64,000 nt of DNA. Source: a virus. Lineage: Duplodnaviria > Caudoviricetes. The stretch is taken from IMG/VR virus record IMGVR_UViG_3300013121_000032, positions 32,001 through 96,000 of that record; one strand, 5' to 3'. Made by a program: the position numbers and the translations under genes. This document shows positions 44,766-54,637 of this stretch, in pieces; within the stretch, counting starts at the first letter, position 1; the number at the start of each line of letters is the position of its first letter. The notes below the pieces were generated by a model. It was not told the DNA's origin. It ran no database searches and saw only the letters and a list, made by a program, of their open reading frames with translations.

Positions 44766-45059
44766 ATGCTCAAACCTGAAGAATTTTTGAAACAAGTTGG
44801 TCCAAAAAGGGCAGCCCGTATAAAGCAATTGGAAACATCTATTGATCAGCAATTGTTAACTTTTGGTGCCCAATCCTCTACAGAAGGTGAGTTCCTAATG
44901 CCAGCACAAAATTTCTATTGCTCTTCTAAGGGAGAATTAGAAATGATGCTAGCTCATTATAATACTATTGGATGGGCAATGAGCTATCTACCTGCTGCTG
45001 GTTATGAAGAATCTCCAGTAATTTGTGGTCAAATCCATGTGAAAATTCTTGAGGATTGA
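44766..45059 (+). CDS. hypothetical protein
   Basis: AGGAG RBS, 97 aa. Confidence 0.65.
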   Translation: MLKPEEFLKQVGPKRAARIKQLETSIDQQLLTFGAQSSTEGEFLMPAQNFYCSSKGELEMMLAHYNTIGWAMSYLPAAGYEESPVICGQIHVKILED

Positions 45060-45078
45060 TTTTTTAATCTTAAGGCAA

Positions 45079-45107
45079 TTGACAAATTAGAAAAAAAATC
45101 TTAAGAT
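45079..45107 (+). promoter_or_regulatory. sigma70-like promoter TTGACA-N17-TAAGAT
   Basis: Upstream of the HTH gene. Confidence 0.6.
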
Positions 45108-45151
45108 GAAAGAATGAAAAACCAAAGAGGAATTCCTCAAGGAGAAACTAA

Positions 45152-45358
45152 ATGACAGTAAGTGAAATGATTAGAAGCACTAGACTTGATAGAAACTTTA
45201 CTCAAAAGGAACTAGCAGCTAGGGCAGAAGTCTCTAAGCGTACCATTGAGGGTTTGGAAAATGATAGTCCTGTAAGCAATAGGACACTCTATAATGTATG
45301 TACAGCTTTGGGTATTAATCTTTACTCAGTAATCAATAGCAAATCTTTCCGCAAATAA
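45152..45358 (+). CDS. XRE-family HTH regulator
   Basis: IRSTRLDRNFTQKELAARAEVSKRTIEGLEN. Confidence 0.9.
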   Translation: MTVSEMIRSTRLDRNFTQKELAARAEVSKRTIEGLENDSPVSNRTLYNVCTALGINLYSVINSKSFRK

Positions 45359-45391
45359 GTGTTCTTCAGGTGAGTTGGATTCAGTGCGGTG

Positions 45392-45419
45392 CAAAAATAG
45401 GGAGAAATCCCTATTTTTG
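45392..45419. terminator. bidirectional terminator, 12-bp stem with GAAA loop
   Basis: CAAAAATAGGGA-gaaa-TCCCTATTTTTG. Confidence 0.85.
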
Positions 45420-45455
45420 TTTATATAATAACTATAGAATATAGGAGATATTTTT

Positions 45456-45926
45456 ATGGATCTAACAGCAATTCCTTTTATAGCCTCTCCAAATAAATCA
45501 GCCCGTGGTGGAATTAAGCCACAATATATTGTCATTCATTGTCAAGAAGGTAGCCAAGATGGATCTATAGCTTGGTTTAAAAACCCTAAAAGTCAAGTAT
45601 CTGCCCATTATTTAATAAGTAAAAAAGGCGATATAGTATGTATGGTTAAAACAGAAGATAAGGCTTGGCACGCTATGAATTTTAATCCCATGTCAATAGG
45701 ACTTGAGTTAGAAGGAAAAGATTGTACAAAAGCAGCATGGACTACTGAAATACAATTAGAGAAAGTTGCAGAACTGACAGCAGCTTTGATGAAGAAGTAT
45801 GTTATTCCACTAAATCATATAGTAGGGCATAATGATCCACTGCTAAAGAAATATGGAAATAATCATTTTGATCCTGGCATTTTTCCATGGGATCATTTTA
45901 AGGAGTTAATTAAAAAATATCTATGA
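45456..45926 (+). CDS. N-acetylmuramoyl-L-alanine amidase (Amidase_2), probable endolysin
   Basis: SPN, IVIH, SAHYLI, AWHA, SIGLELE, VGH, DPG..FPW. Confidence 0.93.
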   Translation: MDLTAIPFIASPNKSARGGIKPQYIVIHCQEGSQDGSIAWFKNPKSQVSAHYLISKKGDIVCMVKTEDKAWHAMNFNPMSIGLELEGKDCTKAAWTTEIQLEKVAELTAALMKKYVIPLNHIVGHNDPLLKKYGNNHFDPGIFPWDHFKELIKKYL

Positions 45927-46138
45927 TGAAGTTTCTTTTAATGTTTTTATTTTCTACTTTATCGGTTTTAAGTTTAGTAGCAATTTTAGGATCAATTTGG
46001 TTTAGTACTGCATTTGATGGTTACTCATTTATAAATGAATTGGAAACAGCTATGACTAGTATAGAGTTTTATGTGGCTTTATTAGTTCCTATAGCATTAG
46101 CTGTTTTAGCTTTCTGTTGTGAAAAATATCTAAAGTGA
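45923..46138 (+). CDS. 2-TM membrane protein (possible holin)
   Basis: Two hydrophobic helices, coupled to the amidase. Confidence 0.45.
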   Translation: MMKFLLMFLFSTLSVLSLVAILGSIWFSTAFDGYSFINELETAMTSIEFYVALLVPIALAVLAFCCEKYLK

Positions 46139-46151
46139 GGATATAAAAATT

Positions 46152-46421
46152 ATGAGTTGGGAAGAAGATCTGCTTAAATTTGCAGCAGATAATAATGCTT
46201 TTCTTTTATTAACAGATCTTTGTTTAGGATGTTACTCAGCAGATAAACCACTTACTCGGGCTATTTCTGTTAAATTAAGAATGAAGATTAAGGATAAGGA
46301 GTATCCGGCTGTTTGTATTTTATTGTGTGATGATTGCGCTAAAGCAAAAGATTTAAATAGACTAAAAAAGAATATGCAATATTTAATCTTGGAAGGAGAG
46401 ATAGATTATATAAATGCCTAA
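46152..46421 (+). CDS. Zn-finger hypothetical protein
   Basis: CLGC...LCDDC. Confidence 0.6.
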   Translation: MSWEEDLLKFAADNNAFLLLTDLCLGCYSADKPLTRAISVKLRMKIKDKEYPAVCILLCDDCAKAKDLNRLKKNMQYLILEGEIDYINA

Positions 46422-47022
46422 GCTATCAATAATTGCTGTAACTTATGGACATACACAAGCTCAAATAGATTCATTTATTAACTCATTCCTTAGCCAGATT
46501 AATGAAGATTGGGAAATGCTAATCTGTCATGATGGGCCTAATGAAGAATTAAAAAATAAGATAGCTAATTATAAGGATGGGAGAATTAAGTGGATTGAAT
46601 TCCCTATTAGGAGGGGATTTTGGGGCCATCCAATGAGAAAAGATGCTCTTAATCTTGTAACTAGTCCTTGGATTCATTGGACTAATATGGACAATACATA
46701 TTGTCCCAGATTTGTAGATATTATGCTATCAGAAGCCGAAAATAATTTGGTAGATATTCAAGGATGTTGGATAGCACATAATTATGGATGCCAATCTCCA
46801 GAATCTGGAGAGCCAATGGTTCCATATTCTATTTTGAGAACTAAGTTCCATTTGAATAGAATAGATTGGTGTGGATTTATAATGAAAACAGATTTGGCTA
46901 AGAAAGTAGGATTAAATCATATTGAATTTTCTGGTCAAGATGGTATGCTAGTACAAGAAGCAGTCCAATGGGAAAACGCAAAAACAAATACATACCCTGG
47001 AATTTTAGTTATACATAATTGA
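46414..47022 (+). CDS. GT2 family glycosyltransferase
   Basis: PKLSIIAVTY, FLSQ..DWEMLICHDGP, WGHPMR, TNMDN. Confidence 0.85.
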   Translation: MPKLSIIAVTYGHTQAQIDSFINSFLSQINEDWEMLICHDGPNEELKNKIANYKDGRIKWIEFPIRRGFWGHPMRKDALNLVTSPWIHWTNMDNTYCPRFVDIMLSEAENNLVDIQGCWIAHNYGCQSPESGEPMVPYSILRTKFHLNRIDWCGFIMKTDLAKKVGLNHIEFSGQDGMLVQEAVQWENAKTNTYPGILVIHN

Positions 47023-47327
47023 TGAAAAATATGAAAATATTAGCCTTATTAGTATCCCTTTTAATTACAATTACTGGAGCTTTTGCAGATATTCCAACAG
47101 TTAAAAGCTATATGGAAACAAAGCGTTCTTATGAGCAATTAAAAGAGAGGGTAGAAGAAGCTATCAGTAGTGAATCTTTCAGTGTATTTGATATATCACG
47201 ATTTCCAGAATCGTCTCAAATGAAAATCCTGGATGAGCTTAGGAAAAAGGGATGGGATGCTGAAATAATTCATTATATGGATGGTGAAGAATTGAAAATT
47301 TCAATTCCTTATTCAGAGCTTATTTAA
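47019..47327 (+). CDS. exported hypothetical protein
   Basis: Signal peptide ending AFA. Confidence 0.6.
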   Translation: MMKNMKILALLVSLLITITGAFADIPTVKSYMETKRSYEQLKERVEEAISSESFSVFDISRFPESSQMKILDELRKKGWDAEIIHYMDGEELKISIPYSELI

Positions 47328-47827
47328 AGTGGCTGATACAGATCTTATTTATCAGTATTTCTTTGAAAGTTGCATGTGTAGTGCAACAATAGCAATGATT
47401 TGGATCTTTGCAATAGCTTTATTTAATAAATTTAATGATTAAGATTAAAGTTCATTTTTATAATGGATCAAATACTTGTTATGTTGAGGACTTTGCTGAA
47501 CTAAATTCAGTTGGTTTATATGAATACAATGGATACTTGCATTTAAGATCGATGAAGATTAAAATGAAAGATGTAATTCACAAAGAGGTAGAATGGATTG
47601 ATGAGTGATTTTTTACATTATCCAGGAGAAATTGTTAAAGTTTTTGGAGTAGATTCTTCTTATCATGGTATTGCAGAAATAATAGATACTGATAGAGTTT
47701 CAATTAGAACTGGAAGGGCTATAGTTCTTTCTTATCTTATTAGGTTTGTAGATCCAGCTACAGATAATGCAAGAAATTGGAATAATGGAACTATGAGTGG
47801 AAGTTGGATTGGATTCTTTGAGAAAGC

Positions 47828-48022
47828 TTGTTAATGAATAAATATTGTATAGCTAAAGATGAGGCTTTTTCTGGTTATACTTGGTGTGGTAAAAACCTTG
47901 ATCAGGTTGATTGGGTACGTGGATTATATTGGGCTGATCAGTCTGATGAAGATGCTAGAATATGTAAATTATGTTTACTAGGAATGTTAAAAGTAATGAA
48001 TGAGTGGAATAAACGGACATAA
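47828..48022 (+). CDS. small Zn-binding protein (C..WCGK..CxxC family)
   Basis: YCI...TWCGK...ICKLC. Confidence 0.55.
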   Translation: MLMNKYCIAKDEAFSGYTWCGKNLDQVDWVRGLYWADQSDEDARICKLCLLGMLKVMNEWNKRT

Positions 48023-48275
48023 GATGGTAGTTAGTAATTCCTTAAGGTGTATAAATAGAAGTCTTTATGATGATCTATCCTGGTGTGGGAAATCTACCTT
48101 TTGTAAATGTCCATATACATCTATAGAATCATTGATGGATTTCAGAGAAGATTATAGAGCTTGTCCATATTGTTTAGATGTTATTCAAAAAGCCCTATTT
48201 AAACGCCATCCTAAATATGATAAAGATAAAAAGAAATTGATTAATTCTAGACTAGAACATGGTATTTATACATGA
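48000..48275 (+). CDS. small Zn-binding protein (paralog of upstream gene)
   Basis: RCI...SWCGK...ACPYC. Confidence 0.55.
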   Translation: MSGINGHKMVVSNSLRCINRSLYDDLSWCGKSTFCKCPYTSIESLMDFREDYRACPYCLDVIQKALFKRHPKYDKDKKKLINSRLEHGIYT

Positions 48276-48912
48276 AGGAGGGGTAATGTTTGATTATCAG
48301 AAGCTTAAACAGAAATGGAGAACTAAAGGAACCTTAAGTAGAGAAGAATCAGAATTTTTTAAAAAAGAGCAGGATACTGTTTTAGAAAATTCTCCAACTT
48401 TAATTAAGAAATTATGGAATTTTAATCTTACTGATTTCTATGCTATCTGTAGCCACTATCAAATTGAAACAGTAATAAATTTATTAAGGAGGTACGGATT
48501 GAATGTATCCTTAAATTGGAGAAAATGCGGAAATGAGTATACAACCTTTTCTTTTGCTTTTCATGGAGGAATGTGCTTTCCTATTGAAGATGTAACAGCT
48601 TTCTTAATGGAGCTAAGATCATTAGATAGTAAATTACACTTTAAATTTGGAAATACTGGAACTTATTTATCAGAAACTTTGGAATTGGTAGATGGGTGGG
48701 AGCTTGATGATGGAATGTGTTAATGAGAAAACATAAGGTAATTTATCATCGTGGTCCCTATGCTGGACTCTCTGGTCCTTGGGTAGCATCTTTAATGGGA
48801 TGCTCATATTATATTTTTAAGAAAAAAATAAAACAGAAATTGATAGAATTGAACCGAGAACTAATAGACTTGTCTCAGGATGAGCAAGAAAATTTAATCG
48901 GACAATTAATCT

Positions 48913-49275
48913 GTGAATATAGATTTAAAAAACAGGACTCTAATATTTCTGACTTCCTTACTATTATGTCACGGATGTAGTAAGAATTTAGATTGGGTTA
49001 CATTCTCAGATACTATATATGATCATAGCTATACTAAAGATTATGGTATCGCTACTGGTCTTGATGGCTATTATATTATGTATGGTACTTATAAAGTTTT
49101 TGGTGAGAAACTTTATGGTGGGGAGTGTTTATTAACCAACCCTCAGGGCCATTTTAGATTTAAGATTAAAGATGCAGTTAATAGGAATCCAGAATTAAAA
49201 GATCCTCAAGTAGATCAGGCAATAGCTAAACAAGAAAAGGAGTTTAAATTAGATGCCAACACCTCGCCTATGTAA
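48913..49275 (+). CDS. putative lipoprotein
   Basis: Hydrophobic stretch followed by LLLCHGC lipobox-like motif. Confidence 0.5.
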   Translation: MNIDLKNRTLIFLTSLLLCHGCSKNLDWVTFSDTIYDHSYTKDYGIATGLDGYYIMYGTYKVFGEKLYGGECLLTNPQGHFRFKIKDAVNRNPELKDPQVDQAIAKQEKEFKLDANTSPM

Positions 49276-49477
49276 AGAATTAATGAATATTCCTTGGGTA
49301 GTTGAAAAGCTTCAAACAATGACTCAAACAGAACTAGCTAAAGAATTAAATTGCACACAAAGCTCCGTTAGATGGGTAATTGAACGATATTTTACAGAAG
49401 AACAGAAAGCCCTTGTATCTTATGGAAGACGTAGTAAGAAAAGATCTTCCGGTAGAATTTTAGTAAAGGAAAAATAA
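49253..49477 (+). CDS. HTH DNA-binding protein
   Basis: MTQTELAKELNCTQSSVRW. Confidence 0.7.
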   Translation: MPTPRLCKELMNIPWVVEKLQTMTQTELAKELNCTQSSVRWVIERYFTEEQKALVSYGRRSKKRSSGRILVKEK

Positions 49478-49481
49478 TTTT

Positions 49482-49820
49482 ATGAATGAACTTTTACAAC
49501 AGCTACTCCATCAGCTTATGACTAATACAGCTCTCCAAGGAGCTACATTAGCCCTTATTGTTAAGATTCTTACTACTATGGCAGAAAAAGTAGATAAGAT
49601 GCCTAAAGATGCACAAGCAATTAAACTTATCCATACAGTTTTGCTTGCCCTTTCAGCCCTTATGACTTTAGGAACTGATTATATTAATGGAACTCTTTCT
49701 TCTATTAATATAGCAGCAGCTATTCAATTTATCCAAGTCTATCTGACTAGTCTTGGTACACATACAGCTATTAAAGCCTTTCATGTGATTAGAACTGATG
49801 ACAAGCTCAGGAAACAATAG
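49482..49820 (+). CDS. 3-TM holin-like protein
   Basis: Three hydrophobic helices and a charged C-terminus. Confidence 0.5.
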   Translation: MNELLQQLLHQLMTNTALQGATLALIVKILTTMAEKVDKMPKDAQAIKLIHTVLLALSALMTLGTDYINGTLSSINIAAAIQFIQVYLTSLGTHTAIKAFHVIRTDDKLRKQ

Positions 49821-50046
49821 AGAATTCTTGGAAGAGCTTTTCCAAGATCAAAATAAAAGACTTGAAAGCTTATCTGATAAGTTAGAAGAATACCATATTG
49901 AGCATATGAGAGAGCTTCATGATATTAAAATTCAGGTAGCCTCCCATGAAAAAACTTTTAGTATGTTTAAATGGATAGCTGGATCTGGTGGAGCATTGTC
50001 TCTTTTTTCATTTATGAAAGATTGGCAGTCTTGGTTTAAACAGTAG
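49798..50046 (+). CDS. coiled-coil plus C-terminal TM protein (XhlA-like architecture)
   Basis: Charged coiled coil then WIAGSGGALSLFSF. Confidence 0.45.
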   Translation: MTSSGNNREFLEELFQDQNKRLESLSDKLEEYHIEHMRELHDIKIQVASHEKTFSMFKWIAGSGGALSLFSFMKDWQSWFKQ

Positions 50047-50511
50047 ATGGTTTGGAAACTTCCTGGATTAATTCTAGCTACTTTATTATGTGGTGAAGTT
50101 AGCTATTTAGAACCTATTGGTGTAATTGGAATTTACAGGAAAGATAAAATAGAACATCATAAAGATTATGATCTTTCTTCTAAGAATCCTACTGTTAAAA
50201 AAGTATTTCCAGGCTCTCCAGCAGAAAGGGCAGGGATTCTGGAAGGAGATTATATAGAGAATGCAGAGGATGAGCGTCATTTAACTACTAATATTGATGG
50301 AGAATCATATACAGTAGTTACATTAACTATTAAACGGAAAATTTGTAAAGTAACAAATGAGCCAGCTTCTAGTTGCCATGGTCGTTATGGTTTACCACAT
50401 ATGAAACAGAATGAGATAGATGGACATTTAGTTTTTAAAATTAAACGTGAACCTGGAGTTTGTGTCTTTTATCCCGATAGCCAATCCTATTTAGAAAAAG
50501 GCTGGGAATGA
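50047..50511 (+). CDS. exported PDZ-domain protein
   Basis: GVIGI...VKKVFPGSPAERAGILEGDYI. Confidence 0.85.
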   Translation: MVWKLPGLILATLLCGEVSYLEPIGVIGIYRKDKIEHHKDYDLSSKNPTVKKVFPGSPAERAGILEGDYIENAEDERHLTTNIDGESYTVVTLTIKRKICKVTNEPASSCHGRYGLPHMKQNEIDGHLVFKIKREPGVCVFYPDSQSYLEKGWE

Positions 50512-50553
50512 TAAAATCCTTTTGATTGGTCTTTTATTAAAAGGATTTAAAGA

Positions 50554-51303
50554 ATGAAAAGGAAATATGGACTACTTCCTCAAAAAGAGGATGTAAGAGA
50601 TCGGGTTTTTAAAGCTTCTGGTCCAGTTCCAGCTAATTTAGAAATAGATTTAAGACCTTTCTGTCCACCTGTTTATGACCAAAAAGATCTTGGAAGTTGT
50701 ACTGCCAATGCTTGGGCAGGAATATATGAATTTCTTTTAATGAAAGAAAACCATTTTGTATTTAGACCCTCTAGACTTTATATTTATTATTATGAAAGAG
50801 TTTTGAATAATTCTGTTGATCAGGACTCTGGTGCAGCATTAAGAGATGGAATTAAAGTTCTCTCACAAAGAGGAACTTGTTCTGAAAAAGCATGGCCATA
50901 TCTAACTAAAGCTTTTAAGATTAAACCACCTTTCTGGTGTGATAAATCAGCAGATACACATAAAGCATTACAGTATGAATATGTTCCTCAAACGGAAAAT
51001 AGCATTAAAGCTGCACTTCTTAAAGGAATTCCAGTAGCAATTGGTATTAGTATTTTTGAATCATTTGAATCAAAAGAAGTAGCCATGGCTGGACAAGTTC
51101 CAATGCCTAAGGTTAGGAAAGAAGAGTTTCTTGGTGGTCATGCAGTAATGTTAGTAGGATGCTCTGATTCTAAAAAAGAATGGATTGTTAGGAATAGTTG
51201 GGGTCCAGAATGGGGTGATAAAGGTTATTTTTATCTTCCATATGAGTACCTTTTAGATAGGCAATTAGCAAGTGATTTCTGGGCAGCAGATTTTGTCCAA
51301 TAA
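50554..51303 (+). CDS. papain-like C1 family cysteine peptidase
   Basis: IDLR, YDQ..LGSCTANA, GGHAVMLVG, IVRNSWG..WGDKGYF. Confidence 0.95.
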   Translation: MKRKYGLLPQKEDVRDRVFKASGPVPANLEIDLRPFCPPVYDQKDLGSCTANAWAGIYEFLLMKENHFVFRPSRLYIYYYERVLNNSVDQDSGAALRDGIKVLSQRGTCSEKAWPYLTKAFKIKPPFWCDKSADTHKALQYEYVPQTENSIKAALLKGIPVAIGISIFESFESKEVAMAGQVPMPKVRKEEFLGGHAVMLVGCSDSKKEWIVRNSWGPEWGDKGYFYLPYEYLLDRQLASDFWAADFVQ

Positions 51304-51832
51304 TAGGACAGCAGTGATTGATTTAGTTAAATATAACAGAAATAGTTTAACCAAGCATCAAAAAGAATTTTTGGAAAAGCTTATTCCTTGGGCTAGGTTT
51401 ATTCAAGAACAAACTCGGATTAAGGCTAACGTTTTTAAGAAGATTAAATCTCCTCATGGAATTTTTGCTGGTCTAGTAATTGCTGATATTATTTACTACT
51501 CTAATTGGGGAGAACACCCATTAGCTCAGGAAAAATATAGGAATAAGCTATCAAATAATCTAGCTTTATTAGAAGCTAATGATTATTGGTCTGGAAAATC
51601 TATTAAATATGAGAATCAGGATTATAAGCTTTTTAATGATTGGGAAAACTTTTCAATACATTATAGTGATTTAATAGTATTCTCAGGATGGTATTCAGAA
51701 CTTTTAAAGTGTTCAAGATTTGATGAACAAATTTTTATATTAAGCTTGATTAAGCCAAACCCAGTATATTATAATGAAACTGTTAAGAAGTTAATAGAAT
51801 CATTTAATCTGGGAGAGTTTAATGGCACTTAA
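51272..51832 (+). CDS. GH73 glucosaminidase-fold protein, catalytic Glu apparently lost
   Basis: FLEKLIPWA, LVIADIIYYSNWG (canonical AQAILESGWG), SNNL, YKLF..WE. Confidence 0.55.
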   Translation: MISGQQILSNNRTAVIDLVKYNRNSLTKHQKEFLEKLIPWARFIQEQTRIKANVFKKIKSPHGIFAGLVIADIIYYSNWGEHPLAQEKYRNKLSNNLALLEANDYWSGKSIKYENQDYKLFNDWENFSIHYSDLIVFSGWYSELLKCSRFDEQIFILSLIKPNPVYYNETVKKLIESFNLGEFNGT

Positions 51833-52934
51833 TTTACCAAATGCACTTGACTTATTAGAAGAAGAAAACAATTTAAGAACATTTTCAACAGGATCATTCT
51901 GGTTAGACCTTGCAATAGGTAAGATTGATCCAATTACAGGCTTACCAGGTATTCCTGAAAAGGCCATCTGTGAATTTTTTGGGCCTAATCAAACATTTAA
52001 AACTGGAACTGTAGAGCAATTAATGAAATCTGTTTTATTTGCAGATTCCTCTAATAAGGTTCTTCTTATTGGAGCAGAGGAGCCTATCTTTTCTAGAATG
52101 GAAAGAGTATTAGGTAAAGAGAATTTAAAAAGAGTATCAACCTGGACTTTCCATGGTGAAGATGAAGATGATGAAGAAGCAGTTAGGCTTGCTGAAGAGG
52201 CTTTAGGAATTGCTCAAGATGTTGTGTATAAAGATAAGAACTATAAGCTTGTAATTATTGATTCTATTAAAGCATTAGTTTCCTCTAAGCAGATGTATGA
52301 TAAAAAAAATTTTAGAGATATTAATGATCAGGTTATAGCACAAAGAGCAAACTTGATGAATGATTTTGTACCTAAATTTATAGCTTGTAATAAAAGCAAA
52401 GCAATTTTATTTATGACTAATCAGATTTCAGAATCTATAGGCCCATCCTTTTTAACTGGAGAGAATATTAAATTAAAAACTTCTGGAGGAAGAGGTAAAG
52501 AACACTTTGCTACTTTAAGGGTAGATTGTGCTTCTGTCAAGATAGAAACAGAAGAACATAAATTAATGAATATTAAACAATCAATTGGGTTAAAGATTTT
52601 TTATACAATAATCAAGAATAAATATGCTAATATATCTGGATACCGTAGAGCTATAAGTGAGTTTTCTTTTGAAGAGAATAGATTTTTAAGAGAGCGTGAA
52701 GTCCTCTCAATGGCAGAATATTTAGGCTTAGTTGAAACAGCTAGAGGTGGATGGTATACAATTGATGGACAGAAATTTCATGGTCAAGATGTAGCTGAGA
52801 GATATTTATATGAGCACGAAATCACAAGACAAAATCTTGAAAAAGAAATTATTAAACAAAGCGATGATTTCTTTGTTAAAACCAAAGCAAATAAAACCAA
52901 AGCCAAGGACGAACTCTCTGAAATTGTCTTATAA
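51822..52934 (+). CDS. RecA/UvsX-like recombinase
   Basis: STGSFWLDLAIG, EFFGPNQTFKT, VIIDSI, FMTNQ, TSGGR, IKNK, GGWY. Confidence 0.9.
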   Translation: MALNLPNALDLLEEENNLRTFSTGSFWLDLAIGKIDPITGLPGIPEKAICEFFGPNQTFKTGTVEQLMKSVLFADSSNKVLLIGAEEPIFSRMERVLGKENLKRVSTWTFHGEDEDDEEAVRLAEEALGIAQDVVYKDKNYKLVIIDSIKALVSSKQMYDKKNFRDINDQVIAQRANLMNDFVPKFIACNKSKAILFMTNQISESIGPSFLTGENIKLKTSGGRGKEHFATLRVDCASVKIETEEHKLMNIKQSIGLKIFYTIIKNKYANISGYRRAISEFSFEENRFLREREVLSMAEYLGLVETARGGWYTIDGQKFHGQDVAERYLYEHEITRQNLEKEIIKQSDDFFVKTKANKTKAKDELSEIVL

Positions 52935-53190
52935 AACAAAGGGAGATAAAGTTATTCTTTATAGAAATAGTATTGAAGAATTAATCCTTCATACTAAAAA
53001 CACTAAAGTACTTACTTCCTGGTTAAAGGATACAATGAGGAAAGATTACTTTGAATACTTAAAGTTTTATGGTATAAAAGAACCAGTTCATTTATATACT
53101 TGGTTTATGAATGTAATCAAATTAGATTTATCTATTAAATCCTTAATATCAAAAATAGAGATTGCAGATAATGAATTTTCAAGAAGCTGA
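52810..53190 (+). CDS. hypothetical protein (true start probably near 52924)
   Basis: Fills the gap after recA. Confidence 0.5.
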   Translation: MSTKSQDKILKKKLLNKAMISLLKPKQIKPKPRTNSLKLSYKTKGDKVILYRNSIEELILHTKNTKVLTSWLKDTMRKDYFEYLKFYGIKEPVHLYTWFMNVIKLDLSIKSLISKIEIADNEFSRS

Positions 53191-53552
53191 AAAACAAGTT
53201 TTAAAACTTTTGGATGATCTAGATTCTAGACCATTAGGTACTTCTACTGAGATAGGATCAAGATACCTATAGACAAGCTATTAGATTTAGATTTTCTGAT
53301 GGAACCTATAGAGATTTTGAAATTGAGCAATCAGGACATAGATCTGCATATCAATATTCAAATCCTGCTGGAGTTGAAAGATATTATAGTCCAACAGTAG
53401 CTAGACATTTTAGAACTAGGGCAGGTATTTTTCATGCAATTAGAGCATTTATAGCTAATGACTATAGAAGAATTGGATTAAATAATACTTATCCATCTTC
53501 AGTATATGAAGATGGAATTGATTTTAAAGTTAAAAGGCATTGGAAGAAATGA
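53171..53552 (+). pseudogene. gene split by a +1 frameshift (programmed, mutated or assembly error)
   Basis: 33-codon ORF from ATG 53171 stops at TAG 53270-72. The +1 frame is open from 53256 to TGA 53550-52 (98 codons, no ATG/GTG/TTG) and is ATGA-coupled to the next gene. Confidence 0.7.
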
Positions 53553-53851
53553 CTAAGGATTTTGGAAGGGAATATGAGCGGCGAATAGCAGAGGAGGATG
53601 GAGAAAAACTTCAACCTCTTTCTGGTGCAGGAGTACAAAAAGAAGATTCAATTGGAAAGATTTGGTTAACACAGTGTAAAAAAACAAGAAATAGTTCCTA
53701 TAAACTTAATCTTAAAGACTTGATTAATCTGGAACTAAATGCATTACAATTAAACAAATTGCCCAAGTTTAATATATGCTTTGAGCAATCAAATAAAGAA
53801 TATGAATATGTAATTATTACGAGAAAACTATGGAAAAAGTTGAATCCTTAG
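53549..53851 (+). CDS. PD-(D/E)xK Holliday-junction-resolvase-like nuclease
   Basis: GREYERRIA, PLSGAG.QKED, LTQCK.T...SY.L. Confidence 0.65.
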   Translation: MTKDFGREYERRIAEEDGEKLQPLSGAGVQKEDSIGKIWLTQCKKTRNSSYKLNLKDLINLELNALQLNKLPKFNICFEQSNKEYEYVIITRKLWKKLNP

Positions 53852-54141
53852 AAAAAGAAATCTTAGATCATTTAAATTTTTTAGATACACTTGATATCTC
53901 AACATTGCCTACTTTTCTGTCATCAGGAAGAAAAGAATTTTGTAAAGGACTAATCTCTATAGCCAGAGGAAGTAAAGCCCTATCTACTAATGATAAGATT
54001 GTGTATGTCCTAACTTTTAATTTATCAAGAACTGCCTATGCAAATATGACCCACTATCACTCCTCCAAACAGAAGCTATTTGCTGAGATTAGAGAGTTTG
54101 TATCTGGATGCAGGAGAGTAGTTAGTGAGTTTGATGAATAA
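53830..54141 (+). CDS. hypothetical protein
   Basis: 103 aa, overlaps neighbours. Confidence 0.55.
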   Translation: MEKVESLEKEILDHLNFLDTLDISTLPTFLSSGRKEFCKGLISIARGSKALSTNDKIVYVLTFNLSRTAYANMTHYHSSKQKLFAEIREFVSGCRRVVSEFDE

Positions 54142-54637
54142 AAATACTTTAAAAGTTCTTACTAGCTCAGTTAAACAGGACTGGGAAACACCTCAGGATC
54201 TATTTGAAAAGTTAAATCAAGAGTTCCATTTTACTTTAGATGTATGTGCTTCTACTACAAATTTTAAGTGCTCCTCCTACTATACTGAACAGGAGGATGG
54301 ATTAAAGCAAAATTGGGGAAAAGAAGCTTGTTGGATGAATCCTCCATATGGTAGAGAGATTGGGAAATGGATGAAAAAAGCATATGAAAGTTGGCAAGCA
54401 GGAGCTACAGTAGTATGTCTAGTTCCATCTAGAACTGGAGCTAAATGGTTCCAAGATTATGCATTAAAAGGATGTTTAAGGTTTTTACCTGGACGAATTA
54501 GGTTTGTAGGAGCTAAGCATTCAGCACCTTTTGATTCTATATTAGTTATCTTCCATCATTTAAAAGCCGGAGATGGAAGAACTTATTATTGTACAGATAC
54601 ACCAAGTTCTTTGTGTGCATCTTTGGAGTTAGTTTGA
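54125..54637 (+). CDS. phage Dam-family N6-adenine DNA methyltransferase
   Basis: DWETPQDLF, FTLDVCA, DGLKQNW, WMNPPYG, LVPSRT..WF, GRIRF. Confidence 0.92.
   Translation: MSLMNKNTLKVLTSSVKQDWETPQDLFEKLNQEFHFTLDVCASTTNFKCSSYYTEQEDGLKQNWGKEACWMNPPYGREIGKWMKKAYESWQAGATVVCLVPSRTGAKWFQDYALKGCLRFLPGRIRFVGAKHSAPFDSILVIFHHLKAGDGRTYYCTDTPSSLCASLELV

Noticed and set aside
45152-45358. Lysogeny module around the XRE regulator
   Set aside because: No integrase, partition genes or divergent cI/cro pair in the window; lifestyle cannot be called.
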